From Alphaproteobacteria bacterium (GTDB lineage Bacteria > Pseudomonadota > Alphaproteobacteria > Micavibrionales > SZUA-601), in assembly GCA_964231155.1 (NCBI GenBank), contig CAXRKA010000033.1, positions 1 through 32,626 on the forward strand: a DNA stretch of 32,626 nucleotides. Reading direction: 5' to 3'. Under the pieces are notes generated by a model. That model was not told the DNA's origin. It did not search any database and was given only the letters and a program-made list of their open reading frames with translations. Positions 1-8,164 of the stretch are shown here, one piece after another; the stretch's first letter is position 1, and every line of letters starts with the position of its first letter. The position numbers and the translations under genes were made by a program.

Positions 1-2
1 AT

Positions 3-341
3 ATGAACTATAGTCATGAAAATAGGATTATGGGACTTGAAGGTGTCATTTGGCTTATTGAGGATGGTGTGAGTATAGAAGACTTAAGGAATAGTGCAAA
101 ATCAATGTTTAAAATTGATCCTAAGGGTGCCCGAATATTCAGTAGATATGCGGATAAACTTGAAAAAATTGGTTCTGAGAAGACTATAAAAGAGATCAGA
201 GAACTTATTGATTATCTGAATAAACCAGCCGTTCAAAGGCGCATACAAAGCTCTATTGCACTCGCCAATGAGATTGCTGGGAAAGCCGGCCGCGAACCTG
301 AAGGCTCAGATCTCAGTATTTCACGAAAATTACAGCTCTAA
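3..341 (+). CDS. hypothetical protein (112 aa; true start may lie upstream of the window)
   Basis: ORF track. The ATG at 3 is 2 nt from the window edge, so the start cannot be verified. Charged helical sequence with no motif I recognise. Confidence 0.4.
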   Translation: MNYSHENRIMGLEGVIWLIEDGVSIEDLRNSAKSMFKIDPKGARIFSRYADKLEKIGSEKTIKEIRELIDYLNKPAVQRRIQSSIALANEIAGKAGREPEGSDLSISRKLQL

Positions 342-424
342 TCAACTGATTAACACCTACTCAAACGGCTTCTTTTATGCTTCACGGCTCATTTGAGGAG
401 AATTTATCTAGTTCTTCAAAGAAT

Positions 425-637
425 CTAAAAAATGTTTAGGTAAACCTGATTTTTTCTCATCAAGCTATCCGTTGCTTCAAGAACAGCAAACTCATTTTCA
501 GAGCGTTGTACAGATTCTGCACATCGAATAAAAGCTTCTCTAGCGTCTTCTAATGTAATATCACCTTCTTCTATGGTTTTTATACCAAGATCTAAATCTT
601 CACCCAAATAATACTCATGAATATCGTTTCCAAACAT
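425..637 (-). CDS. small acidic protein, paralog of 654..854
   Basis: 70-aa ORF. It shares 'H-x-Y..D.D......TLE.A.E.F..CA..V' with the neighbouring ORF ('ITLEDAREAFIRCAESV' vs 'FTLEHAKETFEDCARAV'). The two are 16 nt apart on the same strand. Confidence 0.55.
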   Translation of the reverse strand: MFGNDIHEYYLGEDLDLGIKTIEEGDITLEDAREAFIRCAESVQRSENEFAVLEATDSLMRKNQVYLNIF

Positions 638-653
638 CGCTTATTCCCTCCTG

Positions 654-854
654 CTATCTCCGGAAAAACATGTTACTTTGTCTGGCAAGATCCCAGTGAT
701 CTGTAGAGAAGTACTCTTGTCTCTCTTCTGTAACGGCTCTTGCACAATCCTCAAAGGTCTCTTTGGCGTGTTCTAATGTAAAATGCTCATCTGGATACAG
801 CTCAATATCCTGGTCATCCGCAAAGTAGTGCTCAACTTTTTCTTCTAGCATCAT
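654..854 (-). CDS. small acidic protein, paralog of 425..637
   Basis: 66-aa ORF with the same conserved core as 425..637. Tandem arrangement. Confidence 0.55.
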   Translation of the reverse strand: MMLEEKVEHYFADDQDIELYPDEHFTLEHAKETFEDCARAVTEERQEYFSTDHWDLARQSNMFFRR

Positions 855-926
855 TTATTCCTTTCTATCCAATACCTTAAAACCAAAGCATGTATTCTGT
901 AAAGGAAAATTCCAGATATACTAACC

Positions 927-2300
927 CTACCGGGAAGCAATAGATTTAATTTTTACAATCAATGCCCATGTCATTGTGAGACACATTCCTAAAGCCACAG
1001 GGATAATCGATTTGACAAAACTGGTTCCGAACAGCCCCATAAAATGCATATAAACATAGAGTACAAAAGAGAGCAGCACGATACCAACCAACACTTTGTC
1101 ATTCAAAGCGCTCGGCTTGAGCAGTCGGAACATTACAACATAAAACAACGGCGCGGCTATCGCATAAGAGCTCATTAGCCCCATTAATAAGCTCAGCAGA
1201 TCATCAAAAGATAGCGCAACCACTGTGACCAGAACTAAAAACACAACCGTGATCCATCGGTTATAAGAAATATAAGAATCTCTTTCATTACGAATACTGG
1301 TTCCTACAAAATCTCTCAGCACTGTGCTTGAGATAATAAACGTCCATGTATCGAGCGTAGACATGCCCATAGCAAAAATGACAACCAATAACGCACTCAA
1401 GATATAAGGTGAAAAGACTTGCTCAGTAAAAATCAATGCAAAAAGATTGCTTGGATCAGCATCTGGAAGTGGCGCACGCAAATAGATCCCTAAGAAAACC
1501 AACGCAAATGTCAGCGCAGCTGCGCCTACAGCACCGAGTGGCAAAGCTCTTTTGACAACGCTTTCATCTCTTGCAGAATAGACTCTTTGCCAAATATCCG
1601 GACCAGGAATATTCCAAAAGAAAGGGAAAATAATCAGAGCGGCTGTCTCAGCCCATCCCAAAGAACCAAAACTGCTCAAGTCATAGATTGTTACTTCGGA
1701 AGGTGGCAATACAAACGGCACCAGCACCAGCGCAATAATCACCATAAATTGAATGATGTCGGTCAAAATCACACTACCGTAACCGCCACGCCAGAGATAA
1801 AAGGCCACAACCAAAGCCACAACAGGCATAGCCAGCTCCGGTGACCAATTGAGCGTTGAAGACAGCAAAGTTCCCATCACAAATAACTGTGCCGCCCCAA
1901 AAAGAACACCGATGAAAAGAATAAGACCTGAATAAATTCGACGTGAATAAGGGCCAATATAATCTTCCAGCATCTGTCCTGGCGTCACATAATTACGCTC
2001 AGCACCTATATCACGGAAACGTAGCCCTGCACGCGAAACAAGCGTTAAAGACAGAACAGAGCCAATATAAACTGTAAATAAGCCCCAACCATTCGCATAA
2101 GCCATGGAGAGCCAGAAGGTTGTATAAGCAACATCACGCCAACTTACAGCAATGGACGCTGCTGTTGCCAATGTGCCCACACTCCGTGCACCAATCACAA
2201 AGCCTTCATGGCTTTGCGAACGCCCCTTCAGCCAGCCAATAAATATCAGGGCCAGAACATAAAGAAGAACACCAATGGTAGAGTAAAGAGCAAGGTCCAT
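927..2300 (-). CDS. sodium:solute symporter (SSS/SSF) family transporter
   Basis: 457 aa and hydrophobic throughout with many TM helices. SSF-like segment 'GGYGSVILTDIIQFMVI'. Substrate not inferable. Confidence 0.75.
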   Translation of the reverse strand: MDLALYSTIGVLLYVLALIFIGWLKGRSQSHEGFVIGARSVGTLATAASIAVSWRDVAYTTFWLSMAYANGWGLFTVYIGSVLSLTLVSRAGLRFRDIGAERNYVTPGQMLEDYIGPYSRRIYSGLILFIGVLFGAAQLFVMGTLLSSTLNWSPELAMPVVALVVAFYLWRGGYGSVILTDIIQFMVIIALVLVPFVLPPSEVTIYDLSSFGSLGWAETAALIIFPFFWNIPGPDIWQRVYSARDESVVKRALPLGAVGAAALTFALVFLGIYLRAPLPDADPSNLFALIFTEQVFSPYILSALLVVIFAMGMSTLDTWTFIISSTVLRDFVGTSIRNERDSYISYNRWITVVFLVLVTVVALSFDDLLSLLMGLMSSYAIAAPLFYVVMFRLLKPSALNDKVLVGIVLLSFVLYVYMHFMGLFGTSFVKSIIPVALGMCLTMTWALIVKIKSIASR

Positions 2301-2354
2301 ACAGCTATGTTTAAAGCCGATATGGACCTTTGTCTAGATTCTATTTAAAGAGAC

Positions 2355-4682
2355 TTATGAGCGGATACGATTTAAAAACGCTTCAACAGCTTCTTTCATA
2401 TCACCAGCCATCTTAGCCATTTGAACCGAAGATGAGAGAACTGTATCAGCGGACTCTTGCGTCTCGGTCGCACCTTTTTGCACCTCTTGAGTGATTGATG
2501 TCACCTTGCCAACACTATTGAAGGCTTCAGAGATACTGCGTGCAATCTCTTTATTCGTTGCATCTTGCTCTTCAGCAGCAGAAGCCACAACAACCACAGC
2601 CTCATCGATATCAGAGATACTGGTGATAATCGTGTTCATCGCTGAAACAGAGGCATTGGTTGCTGTTTTAATCTGGGCAATTCTATCCTCAATTTCATCC
2701 GTTTTTGCGCTGGTCTCACTGGCAAGCTTTTTTACTTCATCAGCAACCACCGAGAAGCCCTTACCGGCCTCACCAGCACGCGCGGCCTCGATTGTCGCAT
2801 TCAATGCCAAGAGGTTTGTTTGATCAGCAATCTCTCTAATGGATCCAACAACTTCACCAATATTAGAGACCAACTCATATAATTCAGAGACTTGAGTATT
2901 GGCATCTTTGGCGGTTACAGCCATCTCATTAGAGCGAACCTTTGTGTTATTGATTTGTGTTGTAATCTCAGCACTACTCGCTGTCATCTCTTCCATAGCC
3001 GAGGCAACAGTTCCAACATTCTGATTGGCATTTTCAGAGGATGTTACAACCACTTCTGTGGATTTTGATGTTTCATCCGCAATGGAGCGCATATTTTCAG
3101 CTGTTCTCTGCAAATCATTCGCTGCTTCTGCTAGACTATCAATCGATGTTGCCACTGTACTCTCAAAGTTTGTGGCCATAGCCTCTTGCTCAGTCACATT
3201 GTGCAGTGTCATCATCGGGGCAATATATTCATCACCATCTGTGATTGCTGAGATCCTGAGTTGGAAAGATTGATCACCGATAGTGATCTTTTCTTGATGC
3301 GGCAGATTATCTGCAATAGAGAATAAATTCTTTTTCTGCTCATCATCTTTACCAATGAAGTCCACTGCATTGCCTTTTATATCAGATACCTTTCGCGGTA
3401 AAGCGCTTTCAACAACACCCAAAACTTCACGTGTCATATTATTCAAATAATCTACAGTGAGTGTCTCTTTATCGACTGTCAAAACAGCCGTAGGCATTTG
3501 TTTGATCATTTCTGCCTGAAGGAATGAACGAACAACTTTTTCTTTGAGTCGCACAGATGCATTAATCAAAGCTCCGATCTCGTCACTGCGCTCTATTGGT
3601 TCAATGTTTTCTTTATGATCGCCATTTGAAAGGTCAACAATCACACGCACCACAGATTTAATCTTAGAAATAAGATCTTTAAGGATCACAATAGTTGCCA
3701 AGATCACAACAGAAATTAATATGATTATAATTAACAGATGAGTGTTTCTTTGAGCTTCAGCTTTCTTCAGATCGATCGAAACCAATTTTTTAACATCAGC
3801 TGATAGAATATCTTCCATCTTTTTCAACTTATTAATTTTCTTTGTAATTGTTCCAAACCAATAAGATGGGTCAACAGAAGGCTGAGTAATGCTACCTTTA
3901 CTTAAAGCAATATCACGCATTTTTTGAACTTCAGCAATCGAAGGGGCATCCATGAGGCTTATATATTCGTCTTTTTGGCTCTGCGTCGCATAGGCCAAGA
4001 AAACATCCATATAGGTATTTTGAATCAAAATAAGGCCTTTAAATTTATCTTTTAAGGCATCTGTCCAACCGCCAGAGAAACCACCAGCTCCTATAGCACG
4101 CTCGATACCTGCCCGCTCTTTAGACTGCATAAAGTAAAGATATGCCGAGATATTACGAAGAGTATCTGGGTCTTGCGTAACAAAGAGTGATTCTTTAGTA
4201 ATATCTAGGAAATTACCATTCATGCTCGTATAATATCCAACGGCCTGGGACAATTTAAGGCTAAAGCTATCTATTTTTTTACGCATGCTGTCGATCTTTT
4301 CCAAATCATTCAATGCCTTCTCAACTTGATGAATGTACTCATCACCGAATTGTTTGATATCTATAACAGCCAAAATATTCTCAAGTTCTTTGCGTTTTTG
4401 ATTGGTTAACTGTCTCTGTTTCAACAACGTATCGCCAAACTTTTTACCTTTTGAATTCAAAAATCCAGCAGAAGCGCCGCGTTCTTTTTGCAATTCATGA
4501 ACTAAGTTGCTTGAGGCAACGGAAATATCCATCAACTTAACCAATTGAGTTTGTGTATGCATTTGATCTTGTAATATAGATATTTTAATACTTGCCAAGA
4601 CAAGTAACCCAATTAAAGGCAATAGAACAATGAATAGAAGTTTTGTTTTAATGGAAAAGTTGTGTAAGACTTTTGTGCTCAT
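2355..4682 (-). CDS. methyl-accepting chemotaxis protein with periplasmic NIT-type sensor, HAMP and cytoplasmic PAS-like domain
   Basis: NIT hallmark '[15 protein letters not shown]' lies between two TM segments. HAMP segment '[18 protein letters not shown]'. PAS-like stretch '[20 protein letters not shown]...HNVTEQE'. MCP hairpin core '[36 protein letters not shown]'. I place the start at ATG 4682 (AGAGGA about 8 nt upstream) rather than the track start at 4730. Confidence 0.9.
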   Translation of the reverse strand: MSTKVLHNFSIKTKLLFIVLLPLIGLLVLASIKISILQDQMHTQTQLVKLMDISVASSNLVHELQKERGASAGFLNSKGKKFGDTLLKQRQLTNQKRKELENILAVIDIKQFGDEYIHQVEKALNDLEKIDSMRKKIDSFSLKLSQAVGYYTSMNGNFLDITKESLFVTQDPDTLRNISAYLYFMQSKERAGIERAIGAGGFSGGWTDALKDKFKGLILIQNTYMDVFLAYATQSQKDEYISLMDAPSIAEVQKMRDIALSKGSITQPSVDPSYWFGTITKKINKLKKMEDILSADVKKLVSIDLKKAEAQRNTHLLIIIILISVVILATIVILKDLISKIKSVVRVIVDLSNGDHKENIEPIERSDEIGALINASVRLKEKVVRSFLQAEMIKQMPTAVLTVDKETLTVDYLNNMTREVLGVVESALPRKVSDIKGNAVDFIGKDDEQKKNLFSIADNLPHQEKITIGDQSFQLRISAITDGDEYIAPMMTLHNVTEQEAMATNFESTVATSIDSLAEAANDLQRTAENMRSIADETSKSTEVVVTSSENANQNVGTVASAMEEMTASSAEITTQINNTKVRSNEMAVTAKDANTQVSELYELVSNIGEVVGSIREIADQTNLLALNATIEAARAGEAGKGFSVVADEVKKLASETSAKTDEIEDRIAQIKTATNASVSAMNTIITSISDIDEAVVVVASAAEEQDATNKEIARSISEAFNSVGKVTSITQEVQKGATETQESADTVLSSSVQMAKMAGDMKEAVEAFLNRIRS

Positions 4683-5091
4683 GTTTTTTATCCTCTTTGC
4701 AATTGACAGGAAAATGAAGAATTTCCTCAATTTTTTATTTTATTAAATTAAGTATGTTGAGAGTATGCGCAAAACTATGAAAATTTTTTGTTAAAACGGT
4801 ATAATAAATATATAGTGACCCATTTTAACTCAAACAAAAAGCAAATTTCTGCCTCTTGTAAAAACAAAAAGCTGCACATTACAGTTTTCTAACCTCTAAG
4901 CTTTGATTCATGTCATTGATTTTAGATAGTGTCTAGAATCCTAAAAATACTTGCTTTAGGCAGTCAAATGAGTTTTAAAATATAAAGTTACAAAGGAGAA
5001 AATCTTCAATAATCTTGCCGATATTGCGGAGTCGATTTATAACGCTATTCTAACTGGACACATTGACTGCGCCTATTCACATGACTTTATT

Positions 5092-5553
5092 GTGAACAAA
5101 AACATGCTTTATGTTGATTGCTCTAGCCTTATTGGATTACTGATCAAAGCTCTTAAGCCTGATGCTTTGGAACGAATATTTGACTATATTAAAGATACAA
5201 AATCTATTCAACCCACTCGCCCCTATGTATCTGAATTTTTATCCTATTATAACAGCATACATTCAAAGGATGATTGGTTAATCATGAGAACACCAAAACG
5301 TGGGGATGTTATTATATATCAACGCAAAAAAACTGGACATGCCATGATTGTTACGAAAGTTATCTATGCAAAGGCTTTTTCTTTAAAATTTGAGGTCATA
5401 CATGCAACAAACACATATGATCAATCCCTACAATCTAATGGGGTACAAAAAACAAAAATACTTTGGGATATGAACAAAAACATCATATTTCGTGAAGATA
5501 AAAAACGTACCGAACAAGTTTATCAATACAAAATTGCACGGTTAAATTTGTAA
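5092..5553 (+). CDS. NlpC/P60-superfamily (papain-fold) cysteine hydrolase-like protein; start and end both uncertain
   Basis: Cys motif 'YVDCSSLIGLL' (compare DCSGF/L) and downstream 'GDVIIYQRKKTGHAMIV' (compare GD..ff...HVGIy) in canonical Cys-then-His order. No signal peptide. The track start is a GTG with no SD. The frame is open upstream to 4972, with AAGGAG at 4993-4998. Confidence 0.55.
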   Translation: MNKNMLYVDCSSLIGLLIKALKPDALERIFDYIKDTKSIQPTRPYVSEFLSYYNSIHSKDDWLIMRTPKRGDVIIYQRKKTGHAMIVTKVIYAKAFSLKFEVIHATNTYDQSLQSNGVQKTKILWDMNKNIIFREDKKRTEQVYQYKIARLNL

Positions 5554-5750
5554 AACAGCTAGTCTCAAAAGTTTATACAGATATTTGTGAACTGGAAGAT
5601 AGAAATTTTGCGATTATTAGAGCAAAAAGAACTCTTGATTTAAAATCAAAATTTACTATTGATGAAAAAATGGCGAGAGATATGGAACTCAGTGGAGATA
5701 TTTATTCAATCGAGACGAGATACCAAGAGTATCATTTGTTCATAAATTAA
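5502..5750 (+). other. start-less 82-codon open frame overlapping the 3' end of the NlpC/P60-like ORF (possible frameshifted continuation)
   Basis: Frame -1 relative to 5092..5553. It opens inside the A6 run at 5500-5505 and runs to TAA 5748-5750 ('...VKQLVSKVYTDICELEDRNFAIIRAKRTLDLKSKFTIDEKMARDMELSGDIYSIETRYQEYHLFIN'). A stop-free stretch this long is unexpected in DNA this AT-rich. Confidence 0.35.
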
Positions 5751-5878
5751 TATCGTCGAGTTGGTATAGGTTATAATGGTTCATAAAAAAAACTGAGGTA
5801 TCTCGTTCTGTTAAGCAAATTAAACATCGAGTGCTCAAGAAAATCATGTGTAAATAAAATAAGCTACAATTTCTTGGG

Positions 5879-6274
5879 TCAACTGATTATGAAATCATCT
5901 AAATCATCTTTTGAAAAATCTTCTTTCAACTTATTTATATCATTTCGCAAAATTCGAATTTTTTCAAAAAGCTGATCCTTGTAATCAGATAGATCAACGA
6001 ATTTATCCGATCTATCTAATTCAGGTTCTAATTCTTCAGTATTTTCCGTAATTAAAGAACGCTGAATCTGCCGACTTAATATGTCTCTTGATGATTTACA
6101 TAATTCATCTATTTTTTCATCAATGGTCAAATTTTCTCTCTTTTCCATAAGTTCTTTGAGGTAAATGTCATTAGAATCACCTGGCTTTTTTAAATAGTGG
6201 TATAGATTAGGTTGTGTTTCTTCTATTTCTTCCACATATTCTGCAACAGGAACTGGAAACCTACTTGATTTCAA
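5879..6274 (-). CDS. hypothetical acidic coiled-coil protein (ORFan); probably the distal part of a gene starting at ATG 6340
   Basis: 131-aa ORF starting at TTG with no SD. The same frame continues upstream across a single TAA (6281-6283) to ATG 6340, which sits 1 nt after the stop of the preceding ORF. Confidence 0.45.
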   Translation of the reverse strand: MKSSRFPVPVAEYVEEIEETQPNLYHYLKKPGDSNDIYLKELMEKRENLTIDEKIDELCKSSRDILSRQIQRSLITENTEELEPELDRSDKFVDLSDYKDQLFEKIRILRNDINKLKEDFSKDDLDDFIIS

Positions 6275-6343
6275 GACGTTTTATTGAGTATCGATTTGTT
6301 CTTTTTCAGAAGCTTTACTATGTTCCTCTTCTATAGGCATATA

Positions 6344-6676
6344 TTAATTCATCTTCTCACTGTATAATATATTACATATATTGGCAAATAATGCAATTAA
6401 ATTTGCAGAATTTTTGCTAAATATAAAATCATTGCTATCTACCAGTAATATGAGCTCATAATCAGTATTTAAAAATGAATAGGCCAATAGGTTTTTACAA
6501 TTAAAGGGCAGTGAGTTATGACTATGATAACTTTCCTCAATCGTATTTAAATCATTGCAAAACATATACCCTCTCTCTATGTTTTTGTAGATAGATTCTG
6601 TATCAAATGTTGAACTGTTATCAAAAAATCTTTTAAAGAAATTATCTTTATCAAGGTTAATTTTATTATCAAACAA
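6344..6676 (-). CDS. hypothetical protein (ORFan); probably the C-terminal part of a frameshift-split gene
   Basis: 110-aa ORF with a TTG start. Its frame is open for a further 28 codons upstream (to 6760) without any start codon, and it overlaps the end of 6718..7251. Confidence 0.4.
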   Translation of the reverse strand: MFDNKINLDKDNFFKRFFDNSSTFDTESIYKNIERGYMFCNDLNTIEESYHSHNSLPFNCKNLLAYSFLNTDYELILLVDSNDFIFSKNSANLIALFANICNILYSEKMN

Positions 6677-6717
6677 TGATAGTCTTGGTGACTTTGCTGA
6701 TTGTTTCTCAAGCCAAA

Positions 6718-7251
6718 TTACTTTGAATTTTTTCTTTTTTTTGAAATTAATATCGTAAAATTAAAATGTGGTTTTAATTTATAATCAATGAAATCAGTTA
6801 CTAGATTTTTTGTAAATGACGATAATTTATTAAGTATTTCAATGAGAATTTCATTCTGTAAAAGAGGTTCATACCTCGAGCCTATAAAATTTGGATAATG
6901 GTTTAATACTGTTTCGAATTGCCTTATAAGAATACGAGTTCGTTTATCAATCAGGGTTTCTTCAGTTTCAAAAACAGCTTTTTGCCATTTTGAAAATTCA
7001 TTCAATTCTTTTTCTAAATCTTCTATACTGGTTTCATTTTTCTCAAGTTCTACTCTTTTATCGGCTTTATACTTTTCAAATTCTTTTAGTGTTTTTCTTT
7101 CTCGATCTAAGCTCTTAAGTTCTTTTTCATGAAAAATATAAGCTAGAGCAAAATTGCACATGATAATTAAAATGAATGTAGCCCAAACTATAAAACGATT
7201 TTCATTATTAAGCGTACTATTGATTCCTTGAATAAATCCTATTACCCCCAA
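6718..7251 (-). CDS. hypothetical membrane-anchored coiled-coil protein (ORFan)
   Basis: 177 aa. TM segment 'FIVWATFILIIMCNFALAYIF' followed by a K/E-rich coiled-coil region. TTG start. The upstream frame is open to 7308, with an out-of-frame ATG at 7318. Confidence 0.45.
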   Translation of the reverse strand: MGVIGFIQGINSTLNNENRFIVWATFILIIMCNFALAYIFHEKELKSLDRERKTLKEFEKYKADKRVELEKNETSIEDLEKELNEFSKWQKAVFETEETLIDKRTRILIRQFETVLNHYPNFIGSRYEPLLQNEILIEILNKLSSFTKNLVTDFIDYKLKPHFNFTILISKKRKNSK

Positions 7252-7335
7252 AACAGATCCAATAAATGAAAATAGGAGAGCTGCGTATTTTTTTAAGATT
7301 AAGAAAAATCATACCCATATAGCTATGTATAATAA

Positions 7336-7647
7336 TTAATTCTTTCCCTTCCATTCAATCTCAATCTTTTTCACAAATACTTTTTTCCCACTCGATAAGT
7401 TGAAATATCGCTCATCTTGGGCAGTAATAGACTTTACGGTTTGGTTGGTGAGGGCTTGATATAGGGGTTTGAGGTTGTAGCCTTGGATGGTGGCAAGGTG
7501 GGTGGAGAAGAAGATTTTGATGATGTTTTCTTCGTCTGTGTCTTCTGTCCAAGCGGTAATGAGTTGCGAATACGGGAACATCTGTTGTTGTCCGTCTGCT
7601 TTGATAAAAAATACATGTCTCGTACTTGTACATACACAGGTGCACAA
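7336..7647 (-). CDS. hypothetical protein (start uncertain: TTG 7647 or ATG 7581)
   Basis: Longest of several mutually overlapping ORFs here. It ends in a plausible beta-rich sequence ('KVFVKKIEIEWKGKN'). No recognisable motif and no clear SD. Confidence 0.3.
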   Translation of the reverse strand: MCTCVCTSTRHVFFIKADGQQQMFPYSQLITAWTEDTDEENIIKIFFSTHLATIQGYNLKPLYQALTNQTVKSITAQDERYFNLSSGKKVFVKKIEIEWKGKN

Positions 7648-7863
7648 TGCATACGATCAAAAGGAGATATATTTCAGACACTCGTACTTTTGTTCTAAAG
7701 TTGAACCCTCACCATACTTAGGACGGTTAACCAATACTTGTACCCCAAAATGTATTACAATTTACATTGCATTCAACGCACACCATGTGTCCAGAGAGAA
7801 GAAAAAAACTTTTTTAATTCAATGATTTATGAAATAAGTAAAGGGGATAAATGTGCGTAAAAC

Positions 7864-7940
7864 TGGCGCGCCCGGGAAGATTCGAACTCCCAACCTCCTG
7901 ATCCGTAGTCAGACGCTCTATCCAATTGAGCTACGGGCGC
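7864..7940 (-). tRNA. tRNA-Arg (anticodon ACG), CCA encoded
   Basis: The reverse complement folds by hand into a 77-nt cloverleaf: GCGCCCG TA GCTC AATTGGATA GAGC G TCTGA CTACGGA TCAGG AGGTT GGGAG TTCGAAT CTTCC CGGGCGC G CCA. It has a 7-bp acceptor stem, a T-loop TTCGAAT and an anticodon loop CT-ACG-GA. Confidence 0.93.
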
Positions 7941-8164
7941 ATTTGAGCTGCAACAGTTTGTAGACAATAAAAATTGAATGCACAAGCGTTTTTTAACATC
8001 TTTTGACTAAAAGATATGAAAGACTATTGCTGCAGAGTCTTGTCAATTGTATAGTGATTGTATATGTTATATAAAAAGTAATATGACTTGCCTTTATTGC
8101 GCGATTGGCTTATTTCTTGTGCAAGTACGTAAAAATTTCATTTCGGTGAGGATACAAAATCTCG

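Noticed and set aside
1587-1844. Plus-strand 85-aa ORF inside the symporter gene
   Set aside because: It is antisense to a well-supported membrane transporter, and its translation (H/Q/N/R-rich) is not protein-like.
2491-3273. Plus-strand ORFs 2491..2823 and 3025..3273 (110 and 82 aa)
   Set aside because: They lie entirely antisense to the highly conserved MCP signalling domain. Their A/S/T/I-rich low-complexity translations are the usual mirror of an Ala/Glu/Thr-rich MCP frame. They have no SD and no independent support.
4841-4853. Sigma-54-like element on the minus strand upstream of the MCP gene (GGCAG-aaat-TTGC)
   Set aside because: The spacing is GG-N9-GC, one short of the canonical N10, and the T preceding GG is absent. 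It is much weaker than the 9866-9881 site.
5017-5024. GCCGATAT resembling the sigma-28 (FliA) -10 element GCCGATAA, with TAAAGTT at 4983
   Set aside because: The TAAA to -10 spacing is about 30 nt rather than about 15, and the site lies within the probable coding extension of the NlpC/P60-like gene.
5589-5600. 'gaactggaagat' as a possible att-type direct repeat of the tRNA-Arg 3' end region (aactgg...ggaagat at 7862-7880)
   Set aside because: It matches only as two short blocks with a 9-nt gap. That is far too weak for an island boundary repeat, and no longer match to the tRNA 3' half was seen elsewhere.
5717-5806. 9-bp inverted repeat cgagatacc / ggtatctcg about 75 nt apart in the convergent gap after the islet genes
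   Set aside because: This is a single short long-range repeat in AT-rich DNA. It has no U-tract and no second copy, so it is compatible with chance.
7412-7825. Four extra overlapping ORFs on both strands (7412..7681, 7434..7652, 7483..7698, 7487..7825)
   Set aside because: They are mutually exclusive with one another and with 7336..7647. A G/T-skewed stretch simply lacks stops in several frames, and the translations are low-complexity (P/S/T/H-rich or C-rich). I kept only the most protein-like frame, at low confidence.
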